Source of the DNA: Phoronis australis
Taxonomy: Eukaryota > Animalia > Phoronida
Reading direction: 5' to 3'
Length of the DNA stretch: 64,000 nucleotides
NCBI GenBank assembly: GCA_002633005.1
Contig: NMRA01000034.1
Span: forward strand, 829,766-893,765
The translations under genes were made by a program, and so were the position numbers. The notes beneath the pieces were generated by a model, which was given only the letters and a program-made list of their open reading frames with translations, did no database searches and had not been told where the DNA came from. This document shows, one piece after another, positions 1 to 15,000 of this stretch (within the stretch, counting starts at the first letter, position 1; each line of letters begins with the position of its first letter).

Positions 1-5
1 GATGG
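1..5 (+). CDS. mew: Integrin alpha: 3' end of the preceding exon (..D-G)
   Basis: GAT GG|gtaagt. Phase 2 joins T-AAA-GAT-GAC at 1208 to give DGKDDLVVGAP, an FG-GAP Ca loop. Confidence 0.75.
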
Positions 6-3000
6 GTAAGTTCAATATGTTTAGCTTTACAACTGATCCTAGGACATTTTTAATTAGTCTCATGTCTTTGAGTTGATCAAGGTCCCGCAAAATCCGTTTG
101 TTACATAGTACTCTTGGTACTGAAGTTCTTTAAGTCACCATTTACCTTGTTTTGACTACACAGTGGGACGACACAGTGGGCATCATCAAAACTACATTAA
201 TAGCACTGCATGTCATAAAAACGAGAAAATTTAAGATGATTGACTTGTGAAAGTTTCTTAGCTCCAAGGACACGAGTGTGATGTTGACATAACCGGTGTC
301 ACTGGCCACTAGGTCATGTCTACAAACACGCAAGTTTCTTGTACAATCTTGTGCCATATCCGTGCTTCTCTGATGTCCCACAGGAAAGTGAAAAGAGCGA
401 TAGGGTGCTCAAATACTGAGTTGTCACAAACACAGCAAACACAAGGGCTCACAATTCTTTGTTACACCATAAACCACAGGAAAACGCGCTGCAATATTCG
501 ATGACTTATCACACAAAACACCATCATGGAGGATGACTAGTGATGTGATTGGTTGTCCCAATTCTACGTAGTTTGTATTGGTTAATGAATGCTTGTAACT
601 CGGGATCAGATAATTAACACATTGTCGCATAGTGTTTGTGGATGCTCTAATTTGACAGCTGATTGACTGGTGGGGTTGTTTTTTTTTTTGGTGTTTTGGT
701 ATAAAATTGGTGATTTTAAGCACTTGAGATTTTAAGCAAAATTGTGTTAAGACTATTAGGGAAGGTTTTATGCATTTCAGCAAGTATGCTTTTTATAAAT
801 TTTAAATTCTTAATATTTAACGCCATGCACTTAATTTTCTATCATTTCATGTGTTATAGATCATTTCAATTCATATCAGTTTTATTCTCCATGAAATTTC
901 AAGACAAATCAGTGTGGTCAAAAGAAATTCCGAAAGGGTGCTCTTTTTGAACATGACATTAAGTTCTACATAAATGGAACTGATATAGTAAAATATAGTT
1001 TTGAATATCTTGTAGTTAACTACTGTTGAAAAACAGTCAACCTTGCATTTTTCAAACTTGAAAGGAATTGATAGTGACAATGCAAATACGGTATACAAAG
1101 CATTAATTTATTTTTAGTGGTGTATTTTGATTGTTTAGTGTTTTGACAAAGGAAAAAGTATTATTCTTTAACTTTAGATAATTCTCTGCCGCTCCAATTT
1201 CTTACAGTAAAGATGACTTGGTCGTTGGTGCTCCGTTTTTCTATGAGAAGAATGTTGGTGGCGCTATCTTTATTTTCATCAATGGGCCAGATGTAAGTTC
1301 AGTGTTTTTTTACTGCCCGTGGGGAATAATAGAATGTACTGAATCAAGAATGCAAATCTTTGTTTTCATTGTATACTTGATTATACATGGTTACTAAAAG
1401 GAGCTTGAAACTGTTTTATTGTATAGTTGGTTAACAAGGTTACCAAAACAAGCTTAGGATGTGTTTTTGTTTTATAGTTGGTTACACATGGTTATTAAAA
1501 CAAGCTCGCAAATCTTTTCATTGTATAGTTGGTTACAGATAGTTACTAAAACTAGCTTGCAAATCTGTTTTCATCGTATAGTTGGTTACAGATGGTTACT
1601 AAACCAAGTTTGCAAATCTTTTTTCAGTGAATAGTTGGTTATAGATGGTTACTAAAACAAGTATGCAAATATTAATTGTATAGTGTTGTATAGTTGGTTG
1701 CAGATGTTTACTAAAAAAAGCTTCGAAATCTTTTTGACTGTTGTGTAGTTGGTTATACATAGTGCCCAATGGTCATGGAAAGACCATTATCATAGGGTAA
1801 CATCTTATGAAAATTTCATCTAAACAAACTCTCCCTTTTCAACTCATATAGCCAGTGTGTGCATTCAAGTATTCTTGACAACTGCTATTACCATATATCA
1901 AGGTCCACCATAGGAAAGAGAAGGCTGTGGAATACTAAGAAACTTGAGTGTAGTTTTACGTTTTTTAGTAATCTTGTTTTTCAGGGCATAACTACAGCCA
2001 CAAAGCCCGTAGTGATTAGAAGTCGAACAATGAGCAATGTGGAGTGCAAGAAGATCAATTGTGAGATGATGAGATTTGGCTTCTCATTGGCCAACATTGG
2101 TGACATCAACAGGGATGGCTATCCTGGTAGGTAGGGAGGCGGCGGCCCCTGGTGGGCACCACTGTCACTCTGTGTAACTTTTACTAAATGTGATGTGATG
2201 CAACCCTTATGAATCCAGTTATTATTAGATTATGCATTTGATATCCTGATCTGTATAGTTGTCACCTGTAGGTTAAGTATATCAAACTTGATATATCTTT
2301 CTGCGGAGAAACTAGATTATAACTCCTCGTGTTCCATTTCAACTGCTTATATTAGTGTCAGCTGTGTACAAATTGTGTTTTCTAATTTAGACAGTTATCT
2401 TGCTGGTTGAACTCTGAGAAAGAAAAAAACCACAATAGCACTAAATGTAAAGTGACCATACTCCTATGTAAGATGTTTTAAATGATTCACAAGTGTTGTG
2501 ATACTCTGTAGCCACGTATTCATGTGAAGGTGCATATTGTTGTCATGTTTGGGAGCGTGTATGTCTATGGTGGCTTCAATCTTTGTATGTCCTGAACTTC
2601 TGAAAATGTCAGGAAATTTGTGGCAGATGTGTTTCTTCTATCAAAGAGTTCACGGCTGGATGGCTCTGACCAACACGTGTAGCTGTGTCCCCTAAGATAC
2701 TAACTTTTGGTCATAGTATTAATAAAAATTAAACAATATCTTTTAGTGGTCATGTTTATATGGGTGTATATTTTGATGATTTCAAACGTGTTGTGTAACT
2801 TCAGTGACGCATCATGAGTGATTAAACAGCCAACAGATGGCTCTCAGCAAACTTCACAAGTACACATGTTGCTTTGTTTTAACTATGTGATTCTTATTAG
2901 TTGGTTTTTGTTGATGTAGTTTGCTGTTAACTCTCTGTTGATTGTTTAAGTAACTAGCCCGAGTCTTTAATTGTGTAAATGTATTCACTCATTTTTAATG

Positions 3001-6000
3001 ACTTCTCAGTTTTGCAACTGCCCCTTGTGGTCAATTCTAAGTCATTACACGAGATACAGCTGACACGGAGCAGCTGACACAGAACAGTTTATTGGGTGCA
3101 CGTGTGTGTGGAAACCCGACTGACACAGAGCAAGTGACAGGCCAGTTTTTGACACCGGTTTCATATGTAGTGCGAGTTGCACTCGATCAGTTGCTCCAGT
3201 TTCAACTACATGTCTATATACAACTGGGGCAGGGCGGAAAGGGATCATCTTTCAATGCGCTTGTCAAATAGCGTTCATTGGGGTGATCTGCTGGCATTCC
3301 ACGTGGTTTGGACCTTCGCTATTGTTTATGCAAGCATGTTCAGACAGTCTTCGTTTAAGTGACTCGATCATGCTGATCCAGTTTGCGATGGTGTAAACGC
3401 GACTAAAGTGGAGCAAGTCGTGCTGTGACAACTGACACAGTGACAACTGTCTCTTGTGTTAAAGCAGCTTTAGATCTTTAGTTAACGATGACTTACAATT
3501 AAGTAATGAAACTTGAATATCACATTAGAATAACAAGGTTTGCAAGGCTGGTGTGTTAATGTGGGTGTGATGATCTTGTCTTCTTACTCATTGTCTACCA
3601 AATTCATCTGAAAGTTTCAGTGCTTACAGTCTCTAATATCTCTACCCTCATACATCTGTATTTGTTTCAGATCTAGCTGTAGGCGCCCCCTATGAGGAAA
3701 ATGGAGTAGTATACATCTTTCATGGTTCTAAGGATGGTATAAATCCCAAGTTCTCACAGGTATGACCGAATTATGCATAAATAGTGTTGTATTAAGTTCT
3801 TAGGCCTGTTTCTTGAAGAGACATTTGCCTTGATGCCAAAAGTAAAAAATTTGACCTTAAACAGCCAAAAGTTGTTTATTTTCTGATATAATCCGGTCAA
3901 CATACTTAACAGAAAAATGAACGATCATTATACTCCTTAGTTAGTGTATGGGGGAAGTGATTCAGTCGAGCTGTGAAACTTTGTTAATTATTGTTAGTCA
4001 GTATACAACACGAGTAAAAAGTGAAATGCTTGAAACTGTTAATCTCAATTAGAAGACTACAGGTCTTGATTTGCTGCTTCATAAGTCCACGTATTCTGTT
4101 TGCACAATCATATCATAATTCATTGTTGCGTGTACTCTGACAGTGCATCCTTGACCATCATAACTGGGTTAATTCGTTAACATTGTTTACTGTACTTGTT
4201 GAAGATTTTTTTGAATTTCTTGATGTATTTTCGTGAAATTCGGCATATCGGTTTTTAGTAAGAAGGTCATGATGCCATTCCATTTGTGGATGGATTGGAT
4301 AAATTTTACACCACCTTGTGGCCATTTTTGTTATTTTTTCGTCAGTTTTCTGGCATTTGCCTCTCAATCTGCCATACTGCCATGACTGACATTGACTTTC
4401 GGACAGGTCCGACTACTGTGTCTTCCCCTATTGGCGATATTGATTTTTTGCATCTGCGGCAGATTCTGACCTTATCTCTATGAAGGAGCTTTGTGAAATG
4501 TAAAAGATGTGTTCCTATGGAGCTGACGACAAACATTAACGAGTGTCGAACTGATCCAAATACCACTGCACCCTCTATTGGCAATTTCTTATGTTTGCCT
4601 TTGTATCTTTGGTGTTCATGAAATTCAACAAGCAGATTTCTATTAAGGAGACAACAACACCTTTCCATTTATGAACGGATCCGTTTTCTGCGCCACATGG
4701 TGGCCATTTTTATTTTTGCATCCTTCTGCCATACTGTTTAAAGGATCATTATGAAAATTTACAGAATGTATTCCTGATGAGGCCTTGACTGATGCTTACT
4801 TTCTAAGGGGACAAACTACTGTGCAAGTGTCAAACTGATCCAAATACCACTGTGCCTCCTAATGGCAATGTGTTTTTTACATTTGCCTCTGTGTCTTCAG
4901 TGTATCAATATATTTTCATGAAACTCAAGAGATAGGCTTCTATTAAGAATATGACAACACCTTCCCGTTTTCGGACTGGCTTGGATGTTTTCTGCACCAC
5001 CTGGTGGCCATTAAATTTTTTTGTGTATGTTTTTGATGTTTACCACTCAATCTGCCAAACCACTCAAAGGATCATTACGAAAATTGATGGTTGTGTTCCT
5101 GATGCAAAGACCCCGGCTGACTATTATTCGATTTTTTTCAACTATGCCCTTTGAAGAATCTTTGCGAAATTTGGCAGATGGTTTCCTGTAGGGATGGCAA
5201 CAGATGACAAGTTTTTGACCAATCAGATACTATAGCTGTGACCCCTGGTGTCAATTGTTTTTTAGGTTTGCCTTTGTATCTCTAGAGTTCCTTTGCTTTT
5301 TTTCGTGAAATTTGGCAAGTAGTTGTGTACTGCAGAGAAAGCGCCACTTCTCAATTCAAACGGGTTTGACACATTCTGTGCCATCTTATAGCCATTGTTG
5401 TGATACTAAAAGAACCACCCCCCCCATAAAACCACGCAATTTGCGGTGCTGTCGTGGGCGAATTTCAACACTCCACGTTGCTCTTGTTTTATGTTCTGTA
5501 CTGTACCCGAAAGCTTCCATTTGGTAACGTTTTGTGGGCACTCTCAATAATGGTAGAAGCCCTTGAAAAATGGTGATTTTTTTAACATTGATGAGATTTT
5601 GTCGCATGATTGGTCAATTCCAGAGAATCGCCTCATCTGACATTCTGGACAGTCCGAAGTCGTTTGGCTCATCTGTCAGTGGTAATGCGGACTTGGACGA
5701 TAATGGCTACACAGACCTTGTTGTCGGTGCCTACGAGAGCAGCAAGGCGGTCTACGTGCCCACGCGGCCTGTGTTCTATGTGACAGCGCGCGTGGACAAG
5801 CAGAACAGTATCACCATTGACCCCAAGGCCAAGAGGTGTGACATCACTAAAACAAAAGGACAGTGTGCTTCAGTCAAAGTCTGTTTCAAATTCGAAGCTC
5901 AACCTAAAGACAAGTGAGTTGGGTTACTGACCATTAAAATCTGCTAACCAGTCTAATCTTGTAAACAATTGACATAGAGTGCACGATTAATTGTAACCAA

Positions 6001-9000
6001 GGACAGTGGTTTTGATGAGCTGCCTGGACAATTTACCAAACACTGAGCATTAATGAATTGGTACTTTTTTAAATAATATTCTTGTCGTCTTGTGCTCATT
6101 TATAAGACTTAAGTGCTCAGTTGCATGAAACGGTCCTAATTAGGATTCATCTAAATCTAAATCTGGTCCTGTTTCCGTCTCTTTTCCAACCATCTATTGG
6201 GAATTTACCATTTGATTATACAATATTCATCGTGGTTGCAAAAATATGAAACAAGACTAACATCAGTCACAAACTTACGCCCACAGTCTAGTCACACATC
6301 AGTTTTCTAACGAGGTTCCAAATTTTCCCCATTTTTTGTTAAATTTGACGTACTTGAGTTTTTACAGGCTTTTAGAGTTGTAATAGTCACTGTCAAACGC
6401 ACAAATTTTGGCCTTTACATTTAGAATTAAGGATAAATTATATTCCCAAAAGCAAGAACACATCGGACAGCAATTCTAGTTTATTGCCTATACCAAAGTT
6501 TATTGTTTTGTGGGAGAGAATGTCAACATGCCGACCAGCACACTTATCAATAACCTGGCAGTTGAGATAAATCCAGAAGTGTTTAACATAGTCACACTCC
6601 CCAAAAGGTATTTCTATGTCTTAACAGACTTATTGCAAAAAGAGCAGGGGGTATATATAACTTCATCTTTGCCATTCTCAGTATGTTTTGTTTATATATA
6701 TATATATATCCTATACCTTGCATTTTGTTCATAGAAGAAGGTCAATTGCCACATACAATGAAAATAGGAGTGTCTCTCGGTAATTTACGCCTTGGCTCAT
6801 GCAGGCAATGAGAACTTTCCAGCTGTCTGCTGTCCACGCAAAAAGGGTGGGAGATTATTGTGCAAATTGTCTGTGTACTCAAAAACACCGTCTTCACCAA
6901 ATGACTAACTTTTACGGTCTTAAGAACTGGAGCGAGCGTTTTTTGCCTTTGTAACAAGACCCTCAGTTACACACAGTCTGTCCTTTTGAATCGATTACGC
7001 TCCCACCATTGCTGTTTGTAGAAGGTAAATTTGGCAGTAATGGCCGTGGGTTTACTGTCCATTCGTTTACCCGTTCTATGTACCCTCTCAAATGACACAG
7101 TATCTATCTCAATAACACTTGAGAATGTCGGCCAATTTGTCATTACAACACTCATCCTCACTCAGGTATACCTCCCAACCTCAGGTATACCTCCCAACCT
7201 CAGGTATACCTCCCAACCTCAGGTATACCTCCCAACCTCAGGTATGCCTCACAACCTCGGGAAAACCTGCCAACCTCAGGTATACCTCCCAACCTCAGAT
7301 TTGCTCTTCGCGACTGGAACTTGAGATTGAACACTTGTTTCTCATATTCTCATTTTCCTCCGTCAAGATTCTAATCTCGTTTGTGTCTTTGCTTACTTAC
7401 AAATGGTATATTTATGTTTTCTATTAGTTTACCTTTATTGTGAGATCCTCTTTGTTTAATGATGAGACGTTATTTCAGTGAAAACAAATAGAGGCATTCA
7501 TGAAAAGTTCCCTGTTTATTAAAAAAATCCCTGTTTATGTTCTGTAAAATTCAGTGTAGAGTTTATTTTCGGTGCAAATCTAAATGTAACGCTGATTTAG
7601 TAATGAGAAGCATTTTGTGTAGAAAGAACAATCAGTATTTTGGCAAGTTCAAAAATGTGGCAAAATTTTAAGGAACATAGTTGAGTCCCTATTTGGGACT
7701 GTTTCATGCAACCGGCCACAGTAGACCTGTATGCATTTCTCAGTCTAGAACCTTAGTGTCGAATGCTTCCATCCTCAGGTTTACTGGTAGGCAGAGGGTA
7801 AAGTACCGTTTGACTGAAGTGAAAGAGACTCTCCTGGCACGCACCAGATTCGAGGATGCCAGTGTCCCCGATGACTTCAACACCAATTACGTGATCGATG
7901 CCACCATCAATATGTATCCACAGAGTGAGGCGCGGGAGGCGTGCAATCCCCACACCGTCCATATTAGTGTAGGCAAACTCTTATAAAGCGAGCCTGTGTG
8001 CACTTTTGCAGTCCCAAAATATGTTGTTTTTTCTTATTATGATAAGACAGGTTTTAAGCAATTAAAAATAGAAATTCTGTTTGAAAAATGAAGTTCTCTT
8101 ATTTACAGCAAGTCTTCTCCTATTTATCGCAGTATGGCTGAAAAGTGAAATTCTATTTTGTTAAATTTCTCCACAAAAATACAGACAAAGAAAATTTTAA
8201 TCTATTACTCGCATGATTTGTACTGTGCAAATGTCATAAAACAGCATTTGGTAGAATTTCCATTATTTGTAACAAAGTAATCTTTGAAAATGGCAAAGTG
8301 ACAATTTTAGTAGTTAGTTTTGTTTAAAAAGTGGAAAATTACTCTACATAATTAGGTTTTATTTGCCAGTTTAAAGAATAGCCTGTCCCAACCTAGGAAT
8401 TCAAACATGAATCTCCTGAATACTCAATGGGAACTTTGAGCACTGATTTCAGTTTATGGCTGCTGCATTGAGTTACTCAAGAATGGAAGTAAAGACATTT
8501 TAGGGTAATAGCAGTGTTCTCCACAACAGAAAATTCAAACTTGACCCAAGTTACAAAATTCATATTTGTGTTCAAAAGTGTGTCTGTATTTTGAGGAGTT
8601 AGTTTGTTACGTCATAGATACATTGAACTGTTACTAAAAGTTCAAAATGGCCCAGTATACTAAGAAATTGCTGTCTCGCAATGCTTCAAACTCATTGCTT
8701 GGGATTTTAAACATGTTGCAAGTAAGCCAGACTCGCTTAGGGAAAATTCAAGTTCGACGTTGCAACAAGTCAAAACACTGGGGGTCCCTCGTGTTGAGAT
8801 GCAATTTTCTTCTCTGATAAATGAGCATCAATCTAGTTCTCGTAAGCCAAGACCCTTTTAAGTTACTATTGTCATTTTATTGTAAAGAACCTGATGTGTA
8901 TCCTCCTGGACTGAGTACAACTGTGGAAAACTAGGAGTGTCAACTCACCTTATTTCAGAATTAATGCATTTCTTCAGTCAAATGAAAATCAAAAAGAGTT

Positions 9001-12000
9001 AGACTCACCGCTGAAACTCAGTTGCATTTTTCAGATAAAGCAAAAAAGCCTAGTTGGTTCTAATCAGTACCACGAGTCATAGTGGACCTGTGCTCACTGA
9101 TTATTTAGAAAATGGTCACCCACATTAATTTCAGACAAGTCTAGTGTTTTTTTAATTCTGTGCAAAGGTACATAAGCCAGGGTCAGCAAGATTTGAAACT
9201 CCACAATGTGCTAAGCAATGCTTAAAAAAATGAAAAAAATTTTGCATCATTTTTGCTCATCTTAGCACAACCACTGCCTTGATTTAAAAAAAAACAGACC
9301 AGAACCAGCTACGGTTTTCGGCCTAAAACTTCTTTGAGCCTGAAATAAGCATGTGCCGGTAGGCATTAAATTTTAATATTGCAGCCAGTGAAATTTTGTA
9401 TTGATTGAGAATTTTACTGCTTATATAAGCATGAATTTATAAATGATCATGTCTGTGAATGAGGACAGCAAGTATTGCTAACATATTATACTCCCCATTA
9501 GGCACCCGAGATTCCGTTTGTTTCTTGGTGTTTCATTGTGTTAAATCTTATAGACACTTTCCCATATGGCTGCCACGTAATTGAATGCGCCTTGTTACAT
9601 ATTGGACCATGTTTTGTGCTCTTGTTTATTGCAAATTTCCCAGCTTTTTTATCAATTCTTTGCAACCATTTTGTTGTGTGATGGGATAATGAAATGATTA
9701 CCGCTAAAATGTACAATGTCTTGGAATGTCTGTAAAAGAAATTGTTTCTTATCTGTCAACTCAGCTCGTCTCGCACACCAGAACTTGACATTAGGTCAAG
9801 CAAAAGACTTAAAGATGCTATGTCTCATTAAAACCGTGAATATTTAAATTTGTAGCCAGTGCAACCTAGTTACTTCCTGGAAAACTGTGTGTTCAAGTAT
9901 AACCAGGAAAAGTAACAATTTGTAAAGAAATTGTGGCTTTAAAGAAAACACTACAACTGACACACTTACAAACTAATCCTAGTAATTCCATAAATATTAT
10001 GCAATTATTATTTGATAGTGAAATGAACAAATAATAAAAACTGTGCCTTTTTTCATGAAGGTAACGATGAAATATTTCGATACTCATTTACAGAAAAATC
10101 GTCTCGCGAGAATGTAATGGTAACTGGTTCTCCGATGGTTTCTGGCAAAATGGAGGAACCGGGCTTGTTTGTGAATTCGTACTTCATTTGCATATTCACA
10201 ATTTAATGAGACTATGCATCTTTAAGTGCTCCCGCAATGCGTAAGAGTTTGAATATTCCATATTGTTCCCATATTTTCCTTTTTTGTTTTTTAGAAAAAC
10301 AACAAAGATATCTTGCATCCTATCAGAATGAAGCTGACCTATGAGTTGGACAGTCCTGAGCCATCCCAGCTGACCCCCGGTGCTCCCATCCCCAACATTA
10401 ACGCATTCCCGTTGGTCAACGAGGCTGCAAATATGATCGACTTCCAGGTAATATTCAAACTTGTGCGTTAGCATAGTGGATGTTACAGTAAATATTGTCC
10501 AGTTTGTGATGGAGATGAATACATTATTTTGCTGAGGGTCAGAGCTTTTACCAAATTTTATAAATAGGCAATATTAGCCGTTCCAAATTCAAGTATGACG
10601 ATCAATGACAAATGATTATTCATCTTGATGTTACACACTTTTGTGACGCATATAAACGTTGCGTCAATTTAACAATTTCATAACTTGCATGGTTTATTTT
10701 CAGACCCAGTTCATACAAATCGTAGTGTCCGATATTTGTGTAATTTGATGAAAACCAAAATCGCCTATTATCCTTATCTCCAGAATCGAGAAAATTCAAT
10801 TTTGGCTTGAATTCCGGTGTCTCAAATTTTAGCGACTGTTCCAAACTGGAGCCCAGTTGCATAAAACTTATACGCTGCATAGCAACAATGACATCACATT
10901 ATCACGCGCCATGTACCTGATGCCGTGCAATAATCAAATTTATCCAGTGGATAATTTTGAAGTTTTATGCAACCCAGCCCTGTTGGATGTTGTTCATAAT
11001 TATATAAAAGCTGGTCTATACGTTAAGTTTTTCAGTTTTTGGGAAAAAGTAGAAATTCATGTTATCAAATTTTGTAAGAAAAATGATTATTGAGAAAAAT
11101 ATAATTCATTGTTTTTGTGGGGGCAGTTATAAAACAGCATTTGGCACAATTTTGAGCATTTGCACCAAAATGAAATATAGTAAGCCTTCAAAATGGTGGT
11201 TTTAGCAACAATTTCTGTCTTAAATTAATTTTTAGCGTATATAACAAAATTGATTTAGTTATGTATTGTTTGCCTTAATGAAACAAAATTGTGATTTCTA
11301 GTAATTTCCCTGGTACAATAGATATCACTTTGACCAGTCTACTGTACCCAAGGCCTTATGCATAAAACTACAGACATGTTGTCAGGTCTGGGAAGTTGTT
11401 ACATACTGTGCAGCTGTTCACTTGATGTGAGTTTGTTCATGGAGAGAAGGGAAGTGTTGCTAAGTGTGACTTTGTGATGGATCTTGTAATAGAACTGTTT
11501 CCCATTTATCTATGTGTTGGCAGATTAGCTTCAAGAAAGACTGTGGCTCAGACAAAGTGTGCACGGCAGATCTTGCTGTTGAAGGCTGGTGGGAAGACTT
11601 ACCAATGTATGTGTCAGTCACTGTTACAGTAGGGCTTTGCATTGATTCGGCCAAGCGTCGTTAAGCATGTTGACATGTGACCACTTTAATGCGATGTAGG
11701 ACCGTATCGACAAATTCGCATATTTAGTCAAATATTTCCTAACTAGAGATTTTAACTCCGTAAAAGTATAATTTTTCTGATATTAGAAAACCTGTAGACT
11801 TTGATTGTGGACTTTTTGCCAAGTTACCGTCAATGGGGTCAGGTGACCATGACTTTTAAGTAAAATTTAGCAAAAAAGAAACAGGTGCATTGATAACAAA
11901 ATAACGGTGTCAATAACGTCGTCAATTTTTATTTGAAATGCTCGAGATGAGATCTCAAAACGCTGTTATTTTTTGAAATATTTTGTATTAAGTTACCGCA

Positions 12001-15000
12001 GCAAGATTATTCTCATGAAAATCACTAATTCCTAATTTTGGTTACACTTTGTGCAAAAGTGGAACATCTTGAAAACAATTCTGTTTTGGGGAACAGTGTA
12101 TAGAGCATAGTAAGTGAAAGTTTCGTCTGAATCCAATCAGACATTGTTGAGACGTGATTTGGCTAAATTTGGAATTTTTCTAGCGCACCACTTAATGTCA
12201 CAAACATTTGAGTTAGACCCTGTACCTCTACAAAATTGTTGTCTACTCGTTCCTTATTCAGATGGGAAGTAATTTCTTGCTTTGGCTAGAATTGACAGCT
12301 GGTTATTCTTTAAGACCATGTCATGCGCAGAACCTGGTCTTGGGTACTAACAAACTGTCAAGTCTCTCAAAGCCCTGAAGTATCTCTAATCTTTGGGATA
12401 TTCTTTCCGCTTTGTTTTATGTAAGAACTTCTTAAAAGGATAATTTGTTAACGCACACTGTTTAAGTGAAAATGTATTCACAAATGAAGCTCTTTCAACA
12501 TTACATCAAGTTGTTGCAAATATTTAATTATAACAGTCATAAATTCTAGTGGGGCACCAACAACTTGGCGAACGCAGTTGAATGAATCTGACAGATCTTG
12601 AAATCAAATAGATGCTGGAATGCCGTGCAGTTACTGATGGATAAAAATATTAAATTGTAAAACTAGTAAAGCTAAAACGACGAGCGTTGGTACTTAAGTA
12701 TATTAAACTATCCCCACGTTTCAAGCGATGTGCTCTTTGTCAAGTAGTCTGTAGGACACTCTTGACAGAGAGTGCATCGCTCGAAACATAGCAGATATTT
12801 TAGCATATTTTAGTACCGACGCTCGTCATTTTAGTTTCACTAGTTTGACAGAACTTGAACACTGTTTTCAAACATTGAATTATTCGCTTGCTTTTTACTT
12901 GTTACCAGCATCTGTTCACCTAATACACACTAAGTGTGTAGAAGAAGTCTGTGAAAATAGGAACACTACGTCCTCCTTATTGTTTCAGGGATGGTAACGT
13001 GGCAGTGCTCAGTGTCGGTACCGTTAGTGACCTCACTCTCAAGATCAAGTACTCTAACACACGTGAGAAGGCCTACAATGCTATGCTGACCATTGACTTG
13101 CCCCCTGAGCTGAACTTCAGGAAGGTCAGTAGTATAGCTTTAGCAATAGTAGTAGAATGGGGAAAGGAGCAGCTTTAGTACACTGGAGCACCTGTACTCG
13201 TAGCTTTAATACTACTACTAGTAGTAGTAGCAGTAGTAGTATTTGCTGTAGTAGGACCAGCTTTTTCTAGCTGGAGCAACAATACTTGCAGCTTTACTAG
13301 TGTTTGTAATTATAGTTAGTAGCAGTTGTAGTATTGAGAGGAGGGTATCGGTACTAGCTGTAGTTACAGCAAATTAAGCAGTTGGAGCAGTAGTACTAGT
13401 AGACTTAATGGTATACTGGTATTATAACTAGTAAAAGCAGCTGCAACAGTGGCTGTAGGATAGAACTAGCTATAGTATCAGCAGGTTTAGTAGGCTGTAG
13501 CAGCAGTACTAGTAGACTTAACGGTATACTAGTATTATAACTAGTAAAAGCAGCTGCAACAGTGGCTGGAGGATAGAACTAGCTATAGTATCAGCAGGTT
13601 TAGTAGGCTGTAGCAGCAGTACTAGTAGCTTTAGTTGTATTAGTAATAACAGTAGGCTGCAACAGCAGTGACAGTAGCTTTAGTTAGTAATAATAGTAGG
13701 CTGTAGCAGCAGTACTAGTAGCTTTAGTAATAATAGTATGCTGTAGCAGCAGTAATAGTAGCTTTAGTTGTATTAGTAATAACAGTAGGCTGCAACAGCA
13801 GTGACAGTAGCTTTAGTTAGTAATAATAGTAGGCTGTAGCAGCAGTACTAGTAGCTTTAGTTGTATTAGTAATAATAGTAGCAGCAGTAATAGTAGCTTT
13901 AGTTGTATAAAAATATTAGTAGCAGTAGCAGCAGCAGTAGTAATAGTAGTACAGTAAAATCTGGCTGTTCTCGTACACAAGTAATAATTCTTAAATTGAT
14001 TGTTATTGACTTTTAAAGACTTCAAAAATTACAGTGAATGTCCACACTTTTTAAAACGCTGTCGCATGATAGTGATGGTCTATTTGAAGAACACAAGACT
14101 GGCATGAAAGCATTGATAGCAGGAGCGAACTGAAATTTGTATCATTTTCGTAGCATATTTGTATCAGATCAGTCATTTTCTTATATTGACTTTTGAAAAA
14201 ATCCTTCACTCATGCCACAACATACTGAAGTATGTCAAACTTGAACGTTTGGTCTCTAGACTGGTAAACAGTATTCTGGGATTCATTTTCCTTTTGTTTG
14301 TATCCAGTTGTCAACAGAACTGAAATATTTTGTTGTTTATGACACGTGTCTCATGTGATGACTTCAGGGCAGTCACTCAGAGGGGAACGCCCGCTGCACC
14401 AACGAGACTAGTACACGGCTGGTCTGCGACATGGGTAACCCATTCGATAACAACACGGTAGCCTTCCTTCATCTCCCGTTTGCTGTGCCAGAGACGGTCA
14501 GAACTATGCTCAGCGTCGACATGTATGCACATACGTAAGTATTATATTCTGACATCACCCTTTCATTAGGACAGAACCCAAAACTGGACTAAGACTTCCA
14601 TTCATTATTTTATTATGCGCCCACATGTATATGTGGTAGCGTATTGTTGTCACTTTTGTCCGGGTGTCGTTCGGGTCTCCGCTTGACATCTTAAAAACCC
14701 CTGGTCGGATTTTGATAAAATTTGGCACAAGATTGTGGAGCATCACTAGAAGGGTTCATGTTACTGTTCAATCTGCCCCGCCTCGAGGTCGGGGGGGGGC
14801 TGATTTTTCTGTATTTTTGGGAGAACAGCGTTTCTAGATGATATCTAGAGAATGTTTTGACAGATTCCAATGAAACTTGACACAAGGTGTGTAATATCAA
14901 TGTTGCGGCACGATTGAATTTGCGGGTGGATTCGACCACTGCGGCGCCTCCCAGTGGCCATTTTGTTCTTGACGAGGGGCTTTTCAAGAATTAGTGTTGT

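Noticed and set aside
1350-1760. CRISPR-like appearance of the periodic repeats (also 7161-7298 and 42395-44102)
   Set aside because: Units are contiguous with no unique spacers, there are no cas genes, and the context is eukaryotic introns.
13813-14025. Poly-Leu ORF resembling a membrane peptide
   Set aside because: It is a translation of the TAG/CAG microsatellite.
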